Below, in pieces: positions 44,551 through 55,792 of a stretch of 64,000 nt of DNA. A model generated the notes under the pieces. It was not told the DNA's origin, made no database searches, and saw only the letters and a program-made list of their open reading frames with translations. Position numbers and translations under genes: made by a program. The number at the start of each line of letters is the position of its first letter. The first letter of the stretch is position 1. This DNA comes from an uncultured Nitrososphaeraceae archaeon (GTDB taxonomy: Archaea > Thermoproteota > Nitrososphaeria > Nitrososphaerales > Nitrososphaeraceae). The stretch is from positions 169,709 to 233,708 of the forward strand of contig CAWGVG010000021.1 of the NCBI GenBank assembly GCA_963825865.1, read 5' to 3'.

Positions 44551-44847
44551 ATTTAAAACCTATGACGTTATCATTCATACAGAGATAAAAATGTAAGGAA
44601 TTCTAGATAAAGAAAGTCAAAATAATATAGACTATATGACAAACATTGAGAAATTAAGATGTAAAAGATACATAGCATCATCATTGAATTAGTCCTAACA
44701 TCAGGCATGTTATAAAAATGGAGAGGAGAACATCTATTACAGAAGTAACAGTTTTCCAAGTCATAAACTAGTCTGTAATGAAATTTGATTCAACAGATAG
44801 ATCCATCCATAATTGCATTGATTATTCTATATCCGCTAATTATTAGA

Positions 44848-45878
44848 TGTTGTATTTACAAACATAGGTAACAATATAGCTTACAGACATAGGTAACACT
44901 TCTGCTAGGAAGTGGAAATCTCTATAGAAATTAGAACAAAATTCAATCTCATTCATGAACATGAATGGACTGGTAATAGTATTAGCGATATTTGCAATAA
45001 ATACGAAATATCTAGGAAGACATATTACAAGTGGAAAAATAGATACATAGAGCACGGAATAGACGGGTTGAAAGACCTATCTAGAAGGCCTCATAGCATC
45101 AAAACCAAAGTATCTAAAGAAATAGAAGAAACAATACTTGATTTAAGATTAAAGACCTTTGGTACTAGTAGAATCAGGTTCAGATTAAAAAGACTTGGAG
45201 TATCATTGAGCAGTAGAACCATATACAAGACATTGAAAAAACATACTCTCAACGTTCTAAACTGTAAGGTAAAGAATAATAGAAAGTATAAGCGATTTGC
45301 AATGAAACATCCAAATGACATGCTTCAAATGGATATACTTGGACCATTTTACGTACGCTGTTCTAGCACAAGAAATTACATGATAAGACTGTATAGATGA
45401 CTGTTCAAGAAAAGTTGCTAGCAAGTGGTCTGAAAGAAAGAGGAGCATTGATGTTTTGAATGTACCTAGAGGAGTGGATTATGGATAACGGAAAGCCCAG
45501 GAAAGTTATGCATGACAACGGTAAGCAGTTTACATCTAAACTATTCAAACACTTTCTATATAAGAATAACATAAAGGATAAACCAATTCCAAATTCATAT
45601 CCACAGTTACAAGGAAAGATAGAAGCATATAACAAGATTGTAAAGAATGAGTTCTTGACAGTTGAAGAAATAACAAGTATTGATGATGGAAAACTAAGGT
45701 ATGATATGTTTGTCAAAGCATATAATGAAACTAGGGAACATGGTGGAATAAATGGTCTTACTCCTTCTGAAAGGTTTGTACAAAGGTTAATTAAATCTAA
45801 GACATATACAAAAAGGAAGCAAGAAAGTGTAACCTATGTAGGTAATCAAAATTGTTACCCATCTGTGTAAGTACAACA
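44848..45878 (+). mobile_element. IS481-like insertion sequence, full length, transposase frameshifted
   Basis: TGTTGTA...TACAACA ends; ATTAGA duplicated at 44842-44847 and 45879-45884; ORFs 44912-45400 and 45460-45870. Confidence 0.93.
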
Positions 45879-45958
45879 ATTAGATACAAAAAAAGCAATA
45901 CAATACTTACAAGAATATATTATTATTATTATTATCAATTCCCAGAAACAAATAAAAA

Positions 45959-46231
45959 TTATTTTTGTTGTTTAGTTTCTTTTTTGGCCTTTCTTGAACT
46001 TTCTTTTGATTTTGTTCTTGTCTCTAGTGTTTTTGCAATTGGTTTTAATTGTTCAATGTTTTCAGAGTAGGAGGTTTTTCTCAATACATCAACTTGTATT
46101 CCATGGGTTCTTGCAAGGTCAATGTTATCGAATCCTGCCTGTTTTAATTCGCCTTTTGAATAGCCTCTACCATTTCTGATTAATTCCCTACCTCTACGCT
46201 GTTGTTTTACAATCGGTTTCTTTACATTCAT
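45959..46231 (-). CDS. rpl13e: ribosomal protein L13e
   Basis: RNGRGYSKGELKQAG..ARTHGIQVDVLRKT...NIEQL. Confidence 0.88.
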   Translation of the reverse strand: MNVKKPIVKQQRRGRELIRNGRGYSKGELKQAGFDNIDLARTHGIQVDVLRKTSYSENIEQLKPIAKTLETRTKSKESSRKAKKETKQQK

Positions 46232-46425
46232 TTATGAATCATAAATATGATCTGCCGTTAAAAATGTTTTATCAGCTAAAAACTAGGTGACACCATGTTA
46301 CATGGTCCCAAGGTATAATATTTATCATCTTTCTGTTAGCAAAAAGATCCTTTTGAGAAACTACCTTTCTGTGAAAGAATCCTTTTATATAATAACCCAT
46401 ACAATTTATACTGGCAGCAATTAGA

Positions 46426-46845
46426 ATGCTATTACCTTCCGAAATTGAGGCTAAATCGTTAATTCCAGCCATTAGAGCGATTCTAGCAAGAAAACTTATC
46501 AACGAATACGATCTCAAGGAAGAAGTTGTAGCCAAAGTACTTGGTATTACTCAAGCAGCTGTAAGCAACTACATAAGAGGCACCAGGGGTGACATCGAAC
46601 TGATCTCAAAGCTTGGCTCGATATATGAAGTAATGCGCATGATTGATGACATTGCAACAGATCTTGCCTCAAACAAAGCATACACACCAAGCACCATGGC
46701 CAAGTTTTTCCAGTTGTGTAACTATATGCGCTATACATTCATTATCTGTGACGTTCATCGTAGTATAGAATCCCATATAGACGAAAAGGTATGTGAACAA
46801 TGTGAAGTCATTTTAAAGGATGGGCGATATAAACTGCAATTTTAA
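46426..46845 (+). CDS. XRE-type HTH transcriptional regulator (COG2522-like)
   Basis: MLLPSEIE..IPAIRAILA, VAKVLGITQAAVSNYIRGTRG, ICDVH..CEQC. Confidence 0.85.
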   Translation: MLLPSEIEAKSLIPAIRAILARKLINEYDLKEEVVAKVLGITQAAVSNYIRGTRGDIELISKLGSIYEVMRMIDDIATDLASNKAYTPSTMAKFFQLCNYMRYTFIICDVHRSIESHIDEKVCEQCEVILKDGRYKLQF

Positions 46846-47146
46846 AGATAACAGTTACCTCTATATATATGTATATACTATTTATCAGAGTATTGTGACA
46901 GCAGTTCTATTATTAATAGGGCCAAATGTTTCACTCCAGAAAATTTGATTCAATTTTACTATCAAACAACCAGATCTTATGTTTTAATAAATTGACTGAG
47001 ATGTTGTTCTCTAAAATATTCTTAAATAAAATATGCTAATGCTCTTTTTTTCAATCTTTATTTTAGGTCTAAGTTGGAATGTAAAATCTGTGAACAAAAA
47101 CTATATGGACTACATACCCTATAATATTCATAGCATATATGTATCT

Positions 47147-48073
47147 ATGAGTATATGGAATCACCATAGTCCTGATTATTTATTAGTGGAACGGCTACTC
47201 TTAAGATTGGCCAAAAAATGGGCTGCAGGTGATGATATGGAAGACGCACTTATGGCGGCTAAAAGTTGCAATATGAAAGGGCAAAAAGCAATTTTGAATT
47301 GTCTTGGTGAAGATTATACCGAGGAAGAAAGGATAAATCAAACTATCAAAGAATATTCCATGCTATTAGAAAGATTATATTTGAGGAAAGTTGAAGGATG
47401 CATATCCATTAAACCTTCACAACTTGGGATTATCCATTAGCTATGATTTATGTTTGAAAAACTTGAAAGCTCTTGCTCAAAAGAGCAAGAGAGTTTCGCA
47501 GGTTCATCTGGATCGATATGGAATCTTCCAAATACACTGATGATACATTAGTAATTTATCTTGAACTTATCAATTATCACCAGGAATATAGGAGTGGTTC
47601 TTCAATCTACACTCAGACGTAGTGCAAGTGATCTTTTACATTTGGTTGAAGTAGGAGGTAAAGTAAGGTTAGTCAAAGGAGCATACCAAGAAAATGAACA
47701 AATTGCATTTCATTCCAATGACAAGATTAATGCAAATTACATAAAATTATTAGAAATGCTATTTACGCATCATCATTTAAAGAATAAAGAAGTTGATAAT
47801 AATACCCTTATGTTTGCTATTGCAACGCATGATTCCCAACTAATTGAATATACAATCGAATTATGGAAAAACTCCAAAATTGGTATAAAAAATTTTGAAT
47901 TTCAATTTCTAAGAGGTATTCGTGATGAATTGAGGAAGGATTTAGTTGAAAAGGGATTTAGAATTGCAGAATATATACCCTATGGCAGTGAATGGCTCCA
48001 TTATTCAATTAGGAGATTAAGAGAAAGAAAGAGAAACATATTCTTATTGGCTCGCTCCTTAGTTCAATCATGA
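47147..48073 (+). CDS. proline dehydrogenase (frameshifted)
   Basis: WAAG, ISIKPSQLG, IDMES, VRLVKGAY, IATHD, FEFQFLRGIR, YIPYG...YSIRRLRER. Confidence 0.9.
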
Positions 48074-49194
48074 GCATCCAATAATAATCACCGCCTAAAC
48101 AAACACTATCACCTTTTGGTTAATCGAGAAAAAATGCCGTAGCAGGGGAGTCAGATAGTAAAAGAGTAAAAGCACACAGGGTTTCATATATAAGCCGTTG
48201 CTAATATTATATGCAGCTCATTTTTGTTGTTTAAGTTGAATTGTGATATGTCAAGTGAAAACATATAATTAAATTCATTTCAGCACAGATTTGGATTAAA
48301 TGTATCATTCTTCTACAAGGGCTAAATGAAGACAAAATTCCTTGGCCATTTGAACTTCCCACTTATCTCATGACCTATATTTTCTGCTATGCGTAATGAA
48401 TATTAGCACTGGGAGCTTTTTTGAATAAATTGACAAGCATTATGTTCTCTTTTAGGAATATCGGTTCGTTTCCTCCAGAAAATATGAAGGCATGAACAGG
48501 TTTACGGCTTAACAAACACAACAAAATTACAGACATAGCTAATAAAGGAAAACAAACTTGCAGCCGCTCCGATGACGATGTGAATGTCAATGTTGTTAAC
48601 GACAATAACATTTTGATGTTGTGAGTCATAAGTACTTAACAAACATAATAGTAGTGTCTATATAGACAGCATTACATAACGAGCAGTTTTTGTTGCTAAG
48701 CATCACTACTTCTATGCGTTTGGTCAATATGTACGCTCAATTCATGAATGTCATCAAATTCTTTTCCGCAAACCTCACATACAGGGTGGTGAGGATGCTC
48801 ATCAGTGTTTGTTTTCATGACATAACATTAACAAAACAGAATAAAAAAGTTACGAGGCTTGATTCCTCATTGATAGAACGTTGTGGATTAGAAAGAGTTG
48901 AGGAAAGATGGATTTATTATATTACTTTTTATAATATACTTTATATCTTAATACTGCCGTCAACTTGGCTTTTTTGTACATATTGGGGCCAAAGTTAGAT
49001 TCCAAAGGAAATCATTGAAGTTGATTTTATCTAAATCACTATTACTATCTTTTCATATTACATGAAACAGATATCAGCATATTTTCAAGCGAACTCATAT
49101 ACATATCTTACAATAATACACAGGACAGAAATTGGTCTGCTGCTGCTGTCGTTATTCATCTAGTATTATATATATTACAGCTTGTTTATTTGTT

Positions 49195-50172
49195 GTGCTG
49201 GCTATCAAAGCAGCGGAAATTACCAAGGTATACAAAGGCTCTAGAGATATTGCTTTAAACAGCGTTTCGTTGAATATAGAATCTGGTAAAATCTTTACAC
49301 TGTTAGGTAGAAATGGTGCTGGCAAAACCACTTTCGTAAGAATCTGTGCTACCCAGTTAATGCCAACTACCGGATCTATACACGTTCTAGGATATGATAT
49401 TTTGAAGGAGCCAGGAAAGATAAGGAACCTTATTTCTATAGTGCCTCAGGAGGGTCGGCCGTTAAGAGCACTGACACCTTGGGACCATGTTTATAACTGG
49501 CTACAAATTAGGGGTGAAAACAAAGATGAAGCGAAAGAAAAGACCGAAAATATTTTACATAAACTAGAAATTTATGAAGCGAAAGATACGCCTGCAATGA
49601 ACCTTTCAGGAGGCATGAAACAAAAAGTTCTACTCGCAATGTCAATGGCTATAGACACTCAATTACTATTTCTTGATGAGCCTACGATAGGACTTGACCC
49701 TATCTCTAGACGTCAGGTCTGGTCAGCTATCAAGGATTGGAAAAAGGATGGCCGGTCGATCCTTTTGACAACCCATTACATGGATGAAGCTGAGATGCTT
49801 TCAGATAATATTGTGATAATAGATAAAGGTAAAATAACTGCGCAGGGGAGAATGCAAGACTTGCGAAAGATAATACCGCAGAATATAAGAATAGATATTG
49901 CAAAGAACGGAATTGATACGGATCTACTAAAGTCTTTTGGATCCGTGGTAGACACTGGATCAGGCACTATGAGAGTGTTCACTTACGAATCAGCTATCAA
50001 AGAATTATCCGAACTAGCTATGAAAATGAAACTTTCCTTTACAATTTCACCGATAACATTAGATGATGTATTTGTTTCAATTGTAGGGGGAGATGAAAAA
50101 GGTGGTAACAATTGGGAATCCCACTCCATTGATGGCAGACAAAAAAATAATAATAATAATACTAACGATTGA
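49195..50172 (+). CDS. ABC transporter ATP-binding protein (DrrA/NodI-like)
   Basis: GRNGAGKT, LSGGMKQK, LFLDEPT.GLD, TTHYMDEAE; GTG start about 25 bp after a TATA box. Confidence 0.93.
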   Translation: MLAIKAAEITKVYKGSRDIALNSVSLNIESGKIFTLLGRNGAGKTTFVRICATQLMPTTGSIHVLGYDILKEPGKIRNLISIVPQEGRPLRALTPWDHVYNWLQIRGENKDEAKEKTENILHKLEIYEAKDTPAMNLSGGMKQKVLLAMSMAIDTQLLFLDEPTIGLDPISRRQVWSAIKDWKKDGRSILLTTHYMDEAEMLSDNIVIIDKGKITAQGRMQDLRKIIPQNIRIDIAKNGIDTDLLKSFGSVVDTGSGTMRVFTYESAIKELSELAMKMKLSFTISPITLDDVFVSIVGGDEKGGNNWESHSIDGRQKNNNNNTND

Positions 50173-50385
50173 GAGATATCCAACTGGAATTGGGCATTTG
50201 TCTAAATCCCTCCCAGATTTAGGAACTACTCTAAGAATATGAACAGATAGCGGGGTGGGGAGACATTTCTTTCCTGTTTCCACACATTAGTAGTGTACTA
50301 CACCACTATTACCTAACGGCCGGGGTTTTTTAGCATCATATATATTATGAAATGTTAGCGATCCGAATTCTAATATGATTTTTAA

Positions 50386-50733
50386 TCAGAATTTACGCAT
50401 CTTAAGAAGGTTACCTCTAATAATATCGAAGCCAGGAGAACTATAAGTTCCTGGATTCAAATATCTGCTTGAAAGGTATTTGGTAATGTCTCCTCCAGAT
50501 AACATATCATGTTTGCTCCACGCCGTAAAGTTGGTCGAAAGGTCTGATAACCCCGTATCGTCCCTTGTATCACCCACAATATTGCAATAGGTGCTTGTAG
50601 GAGAACATACTGCTTGAATATTGGTTCCTTTTTTAATCCATTTTAGGTAAAGACTCTGGTTAGAGTCAGTTAATTTTTCCCAACAAGGGTCAGTTTCAAC
50701 TGCCCATCTAAGAATTTTCTGTGCATCTTGCAT
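50386..50733 (-). CDS. hypothetical protein
   Basis: 115-aa ATG-initiated ORF, no motif recognised. Confidence 0.5.
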   Translation of the reverse strand: MQDAQKILRWAVETDPCWEKLTDSNQSLYLKWIKKGTNIQAVCSPTSTYCNIVGDTRDDTGLSDLSTNFTAWSKHDMLSGGDITKYLSSRYLNPGTYSSPGFDIIRGNLLKMRKF

Positions 50734-51313
50734 TCACTTTTTTTAGTGTTAGCTATTAATTAATTTTTTGAATCCAATATTTTCATTTTTTGCTCAGTTA
50801 TATATTGGGGGTTGTAGGCATACAAGAATAAACTTGAATCTGAATATATCGCAAGTTTACAGTCGCAAGTTGCGTTTATCGACAGAAAAATGAAATTATC
50901 AGAAATATATCCAAATCATTCATAAAAAGATATGGTCAGTGTTATAAGAAGCAAAACCTATGCTTTTAACTTGTTTAAGTAATTATAAAGAATATTTACT
51001 AATAAAAATATAACAAAAATATGGAGATAAATTGAAAGAAGGCATAAAAATCTACTTTAATGAATTTACTGTCTCCTCCGAGATAATAACGGTCAAATTA
51101 GTAAAATGAGAATACGTCTTTAAATCTTATTGTTCTCTTTCTCTTTTCTATCAATAATCTATAAATAATACAGATAATATCTAATATTTTAGCTTAAAAA
51201 GATGGAAATCAGCTAAATCTATCAAAGTGATGCTAAAACAAACGTCATTAATCATAATGTTTATATATTAAAATAAAATATTTATAAAAGATGGCGACTG
51301 CCGTCAAGATTTT

Positions 51314-52244
51314 GTGGAGAAAAAATTGGTAAGAGATATATCAATGTTTAGCGGTAATAGATGTCCCCGCTGTGGAAAGGGCCCAATGGTTACTGATAAC
51401 TCTAGCGGAGAGATGTTCTGTGGTAACTGTGGATTTGTGGTTACTGAGAGAATAGAAGAAACAGGGCCTGAATGGCGTGCATTTTCTAAAGAAGAACATG
51501 AGGACAGAAGCCGTGCAGGTATTCCTACGTCACTTGCTATGCACGACATGGGTCTTGCAACCATTATCGGACCTGTCGACAAAGATGCTTCTGGAAAACC
51601 ATTGTCTGCATCAATGAAAAGTACAATTGAAAGGTTAAGAACATGGGACAGCAGAAGTCAGGTTCACGAGCCTGTCGATCGTAATTTTAGACAAGCATTT
51701 AGTGAATTAGATAGATTAAAGGATAAACTAGCAGTAGGCGATGCTGTAATTGAAAAGGCTGCTTATGTATATAGAAAAGCTCTTGAAAAAGGACTGGTAA
51801 GAGGACGATCAATTTCTGCTTTGGTAGCAGCTGCGCTTTATGCTGCCTGTCGAGACACAGAAACACCAAGAACACTAAAAGACATTGCTAATGCAAGTAA
51901 CATCAAGAAAAAAGATGTTGCAAGATGCTATAGATTACTTATCAGAGAACTTGATCTCAAAATGCCAGTAGTAGATCCAGTCAAATGTGTTGCAAGGATT
52001 GCAAGCAAAGCTGGGCTTTCAGAAAAAACAAAACGCAAAGCACTTGAAATATTAAAGAAGGCGGAAGAAGGCAAGATTTCAGCTGGCAAAGACCCAATGG
52101 GTCTTGCTGCAGCGAGCGTTATATGTTGCCTGTGTAATGAATGGAGAGAATAAGACACAAAAAGATGTTGCAGAAGCAGCAGGTGTAACTGAAGTTACTA
52201 TCAGAAATCGATACAAAGGCCTAAAGCTCCACCTCAAGCTTTAA
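51314..52244 (+). CDS. tfb: transcription initiation factor IIB (frameshift near 52115)
   Basis: CPRC..CGNCG Zn ribbon, GPEWRAF, two cyclin repeats, [20 protein letters not shown] in shifted frame. Confidence 0.96.
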
Positions 52245-52686
52245 TGGCATCCACTAACTTTCTTCTTTTATTTAATAATTCTCTCAAAATAGCTAAATCT
52301 TCATCAATTCCTGAGGAATTGTTGTTGTTAGACTTTAACACCTCTTCAATTGTGAGAAGGAGCATAGCAATATCCGAATCTGCAGACAAAAGCCTATCTA
52401 ACTCATTTACCTTGACAATTCCATTTGGTGTCAAGGTAAATTCATAACCACTTGACACTACAGTCGAAATAGATAATAATTCCTGGTAATTGCTATTACT
52501 TATAAGTGGTTTTATCGAATTTATCCTCGATTTTGTATTATACGCAACCAATCTACTCACAGCACGCATCTCCACATAACTTGAACGTCCCGTAGCCATG
52601 CTTTTTTGTGTAATTGCTGCAATTCTAATTGTTCCATTTAAATTCGATGCTTGTCTATTCTTTTGAGGCCTTATGGATTTATGCAT
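52234..52686 (-). CDS. hypothetical protein
   Basis: 150-aa ORF convergent on tfb. Confidence 0.55.
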   Translation of the reverse strand: MHKSIRPQKNRQASNLNGTIRIAAITQKSMATGRSSYVEMRAVSRLVAYNTKSRINSIKPLISNSNYQELLSISTVVSSGYEFTLTPNGIVKVNELDRLLSADSDIAMLLLTIEEVLKSNNNNSSGIDEDLAILRELLNKRRKLVDAIKA

Positions 52687-52832
52687 TAAGCGGGATTTTA
52701 CCCGGCCGGCTTAAATGCCTTCGGTTAACGGTAAATAAGGAAGTTTAGCATACATAGATAAATAGATATACTACCGCTAATGTGACAGGTGTGTAGATTA
52801 TATTTTTTTGTAGTATGTAATTTAGAATTATT

Positions 52833-53141
52833 CTACTGCACTTCTATTGCAGATTCGTTAAAGCCCATCTTGACAAGATATCCTTTGACATCCTCCTTAT
52901 GATCACCTTGCAGCATAATGAAACCGTCCTTTGCAGTTCCACCACATGCAAGCCTGCTCTTTAATTCTTTGACAATATGTTGAATATCACTCAACTTGGG
53001 ATCTATACCTTCAATCATTGTAGTTGTTTTTGAAAAACGTCTTTTTTCCAGGCGGACTACAATTCGAGTATCTTCTTTATCGAGTTCTCCACAAGCACAC
53101 AAATCATCTGGCAGACCACATTTTTTGCATATAACCGCCAT
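52833..53141 (-). CDS. sui1: translation initiation factor SUI1/aIF-1
   Basis: CGLPDDLCAC, RRFSK.TT.IEG, LKSRLACGGT, LQGDH. Confidence 0.95.
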   Translation of the reverse strand: MAVICKKCGLPDDLCACGELDKEDTRIVVRLEKRRFSKTTTMIEGIDPKLSDIQHIVKELKSRLACGGTAKDGFIMLQGDHKEDVKGYLVKMGFNESAIEVQ

Positions 53142-53418
53142 CTTTTAGTAACCTATGTTCTCGTTTCCTATTATTAAGCCTTGCCCGATTAATTTTCAAC
53201 ATTTTATTGTAATCACTTATAACAGAAAGCAAAATGTATGAACTTTTAAATTGATCTTCTCTCTCTCTGTCTCTAAAAATAGATCTTCTTCCATAATCCA
53301 TACTATCAAAAAATTGGAATCTAATCTGTAAAATAATATAGTAGATCTAAATCGTTAACAGGCACTCAAATTATTCGAACGGAATGTATTTAAAGCCTGC
53401 AAATAACCTTGATTTATA

Positions 53419-53586
53419 ATGAGTAGCAAGAAGAAGAATGCTCCTTTGCCTGCTTCAAGCGCTGGCCTATTGAGATTCTTTGAAGATGAGACAAGAGGAG
53501 TGAAGGTGAAGCCTGAAGTTGTATTGGGTATCACTGGAGGGCTCATTGGTATATCTCTCTTGATAAGAGTCATATTTCCAGTGTGA
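53419..53586 (+). CDS. secG: preprotein translocase subunit Sec61beta (55 aa, missed by ORF track)
   Basis: MSSKKKNAPLPASSAGLLRFFEDETRGVKVKPEVVLG followed by one TM helix. Confidence 0.92.
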   Translation: MSSKKKNAPLPASSAGLLRFFEDETRGVKVKPEVVLGITGGLIGISLLIRVIFPV

Positions 53587-53603
53587 GAATGAGAATGACC
53601 TGA

Positions 53604-55380
53604 ATGTTTAATTCCAGAATGGATAGTGTATCCAACATTCATAGAAGATGGTCTCTAACAAGGCTAAATCCCTCTTCCTATAAAATCTCTTACATCATAT
53701 CGGTTCTAAGTGCAACAATCCTCATCTTTATCTTTCATATGTATTACACTAAAACAGATCAAATCAACTTGGTAATTTCACTACCTCTAGGAATAACTGC
53801 ATTAACAGGTGCAAATTTTCTAGATTTTTTTGCTCTTCGTGGAACCCCTATAAACAAAATTTCGAAAATTGTTCATGTTTCCGCATTTGCCAATTTTCTT
53901 TGGGTTTCCACCGTGTCGTTTGGAATTGCTTCAGACGCATTATTCTCAAAAACTGGAAGTTCAGTCAATTACGTTATTGAAGGAATGTTGCTAGCTGTTG
54001 GCTTACGTATAGGCATACTCTCCTCAGTTTTTGGTGCAAGTCTTCGCAGAGCTATACCAGTATCCTTCATTCAGCCATTAATTTTTCTATTTACTATTGT
54101 AAATTCTTTTGTCTTTTATCATGATGCTTTAATGTATCCAATTGGCCTTGGTTTTGGTTTTACTCTTGTAATGCTCGCTATTATATGGTCCATTATCGCA
54201 GATAGGGCTGGAAGACCAGCTATTAGAAGTACATTTGGAATTTTACAAGCATTTCTTGCGGCATGGACCGACAATAAAGCAGACAAGATGGAAGAAATTG
54301 CAGAATCTAAAGCTCAGAATAGAGTTGTCACTACATTTATTACTAAATTTAAGCGTCTAAATTCCAAGGAAATATCAATTATTCTACCTGATGTGCACCC
54401 TGGTCCGTTTAATCCGATTGGCGGCAGCAATTTGCCTTATGTATTGTATGAGCTATTTTCTAAAAATGCCTTGATTATGCATAGTGTATCAGATCATTCA
54501 CTCAATATTCCTTCCAAAATAGAAGTAGAGAGATATGTTCAAACGTTATCTAAGGCAACAATATTAGAAAAGAGTAATGTCTGTACTATTCCAGTTCAGA
54601 TTAACATTGACAAAAGTATTGTAACAGGAATTGCATTTGGTAACGTAGCAGTGGTAATTCTTTCACTGGCTCCTACAGGTATGGAAGATGTACCTGAAAA
54701 TATACGCACTGACTTAGATCAATATTCTTCACATCTTGGCTTTCATCACATCCTCATCATTGATAGCCATAATGCAATAGGCGGTTATCTAAAAAAAAGT
54801 GATAGTGACAATTTATTATTAGCAGGAAAACGATGCTTGGAAAAACTGAAGAATCTACAACAGCATGAATTTAAAATTGGTTTTTCCAATTCTGATGAAA
54901 TCCTTTATAATACAAATTCGATGAGAGATTTGGGACAGTGTGGTCTTGCAGCACTAATCATAGAAGTCAAAGGAAATCAATACGCCATAGGCTGGGCTGA
55001 TGCAAACAATATGGAAAATGGGATACGAGATCATATTATTTGTAGATTAAATAATAATGGTATACAGATGATAGAAGTATGTACTTTCTGATACACACTC
55101 AACATCGGGAAAGAGAACGAGGCAAGGTTACTATACTCTAGGTAATCTGAGCAGTCCTGACAAAGTTGCAGCAATGTATTTTCAAATATCAAAAAAATCA
55201 ATTGAAAATGCTGGCATATCTACATTTGAATTGCTCTCAACAGAATCTAATATCAGAGTAATGGGAAAAAATCAATTTGATGAGTATTCTTTGGCACTAG
55301 ACAAATCAATGAATATTACCAAAATTTTTCTTGGGATTACTTTCGCATTATTTGTAGTTATGTTAATTGTTACCCAATAA
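53604..55380 (+). CDS. DUF2070-family membrane protein (frameshift near 55088)
   Basis: multi-TM N-terminus, PDVHPGPF..GGSNLP, DSHN, DANN, TSDTH in shifted frame. Confidence 0.85.
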
Positions 55381-55439
55381 TAATAAAATAATAATAAATT
55401 AAGATTTTGTTATTGTAGAACGACAACTATTTTAGTGAA

Positions 55440-55514
55440 TGGATGGGGAGAGATTTGAACTCTCGACCACCTGTGTGTGAGACAGGTATCCTAACCAAGC
55501 TAGACTACCCATCC
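55440..55514 (-). tRNA. tRNA-Val(CAC)
   Basis: acceptor stem GGATGGG/CCCATCC, anticodon arm CCTGT-CTCACAC-ACAGG, T arm GAGAG-TTCAAAT-CTCTC; no intron. Confidence 0.96.
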
Positions 55515-55792
55515 AGCTGAGTATATATAATCACAACACACCCAAGAGAAGCAGTTACAGTTTTTCAGATAAAGTTGAATATATGGTTATTGTTATTTCA
55601 GGATATATAATAATACCAAGATATATTTTTATCATTCCATTATATCTACAATGTGTTTGATATTATAACTGAGCGAAATAAAAAGGAATTATTATTATTA
55701 TACTTTCTCGTTGTAATTAAAATAGCCAAAGGATATAAGAGACTTTCATATACTATACTATAACAGACGCTCGTTAAGAAAACAAAAACTAG

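Noticed and set aside
48134-48152. possible tRNA 3'-end remnant or att site (TGCCGTAGCAGGGGAGTC)
   Set aside because: Too short, no cloverleaf and no matching tRNA in the window.
55440-55514. tRNA-Val as integration site for the terminal island
   Set aside because: No duplicate of its 3' end was found in the window, and core genes flank it on both sides.
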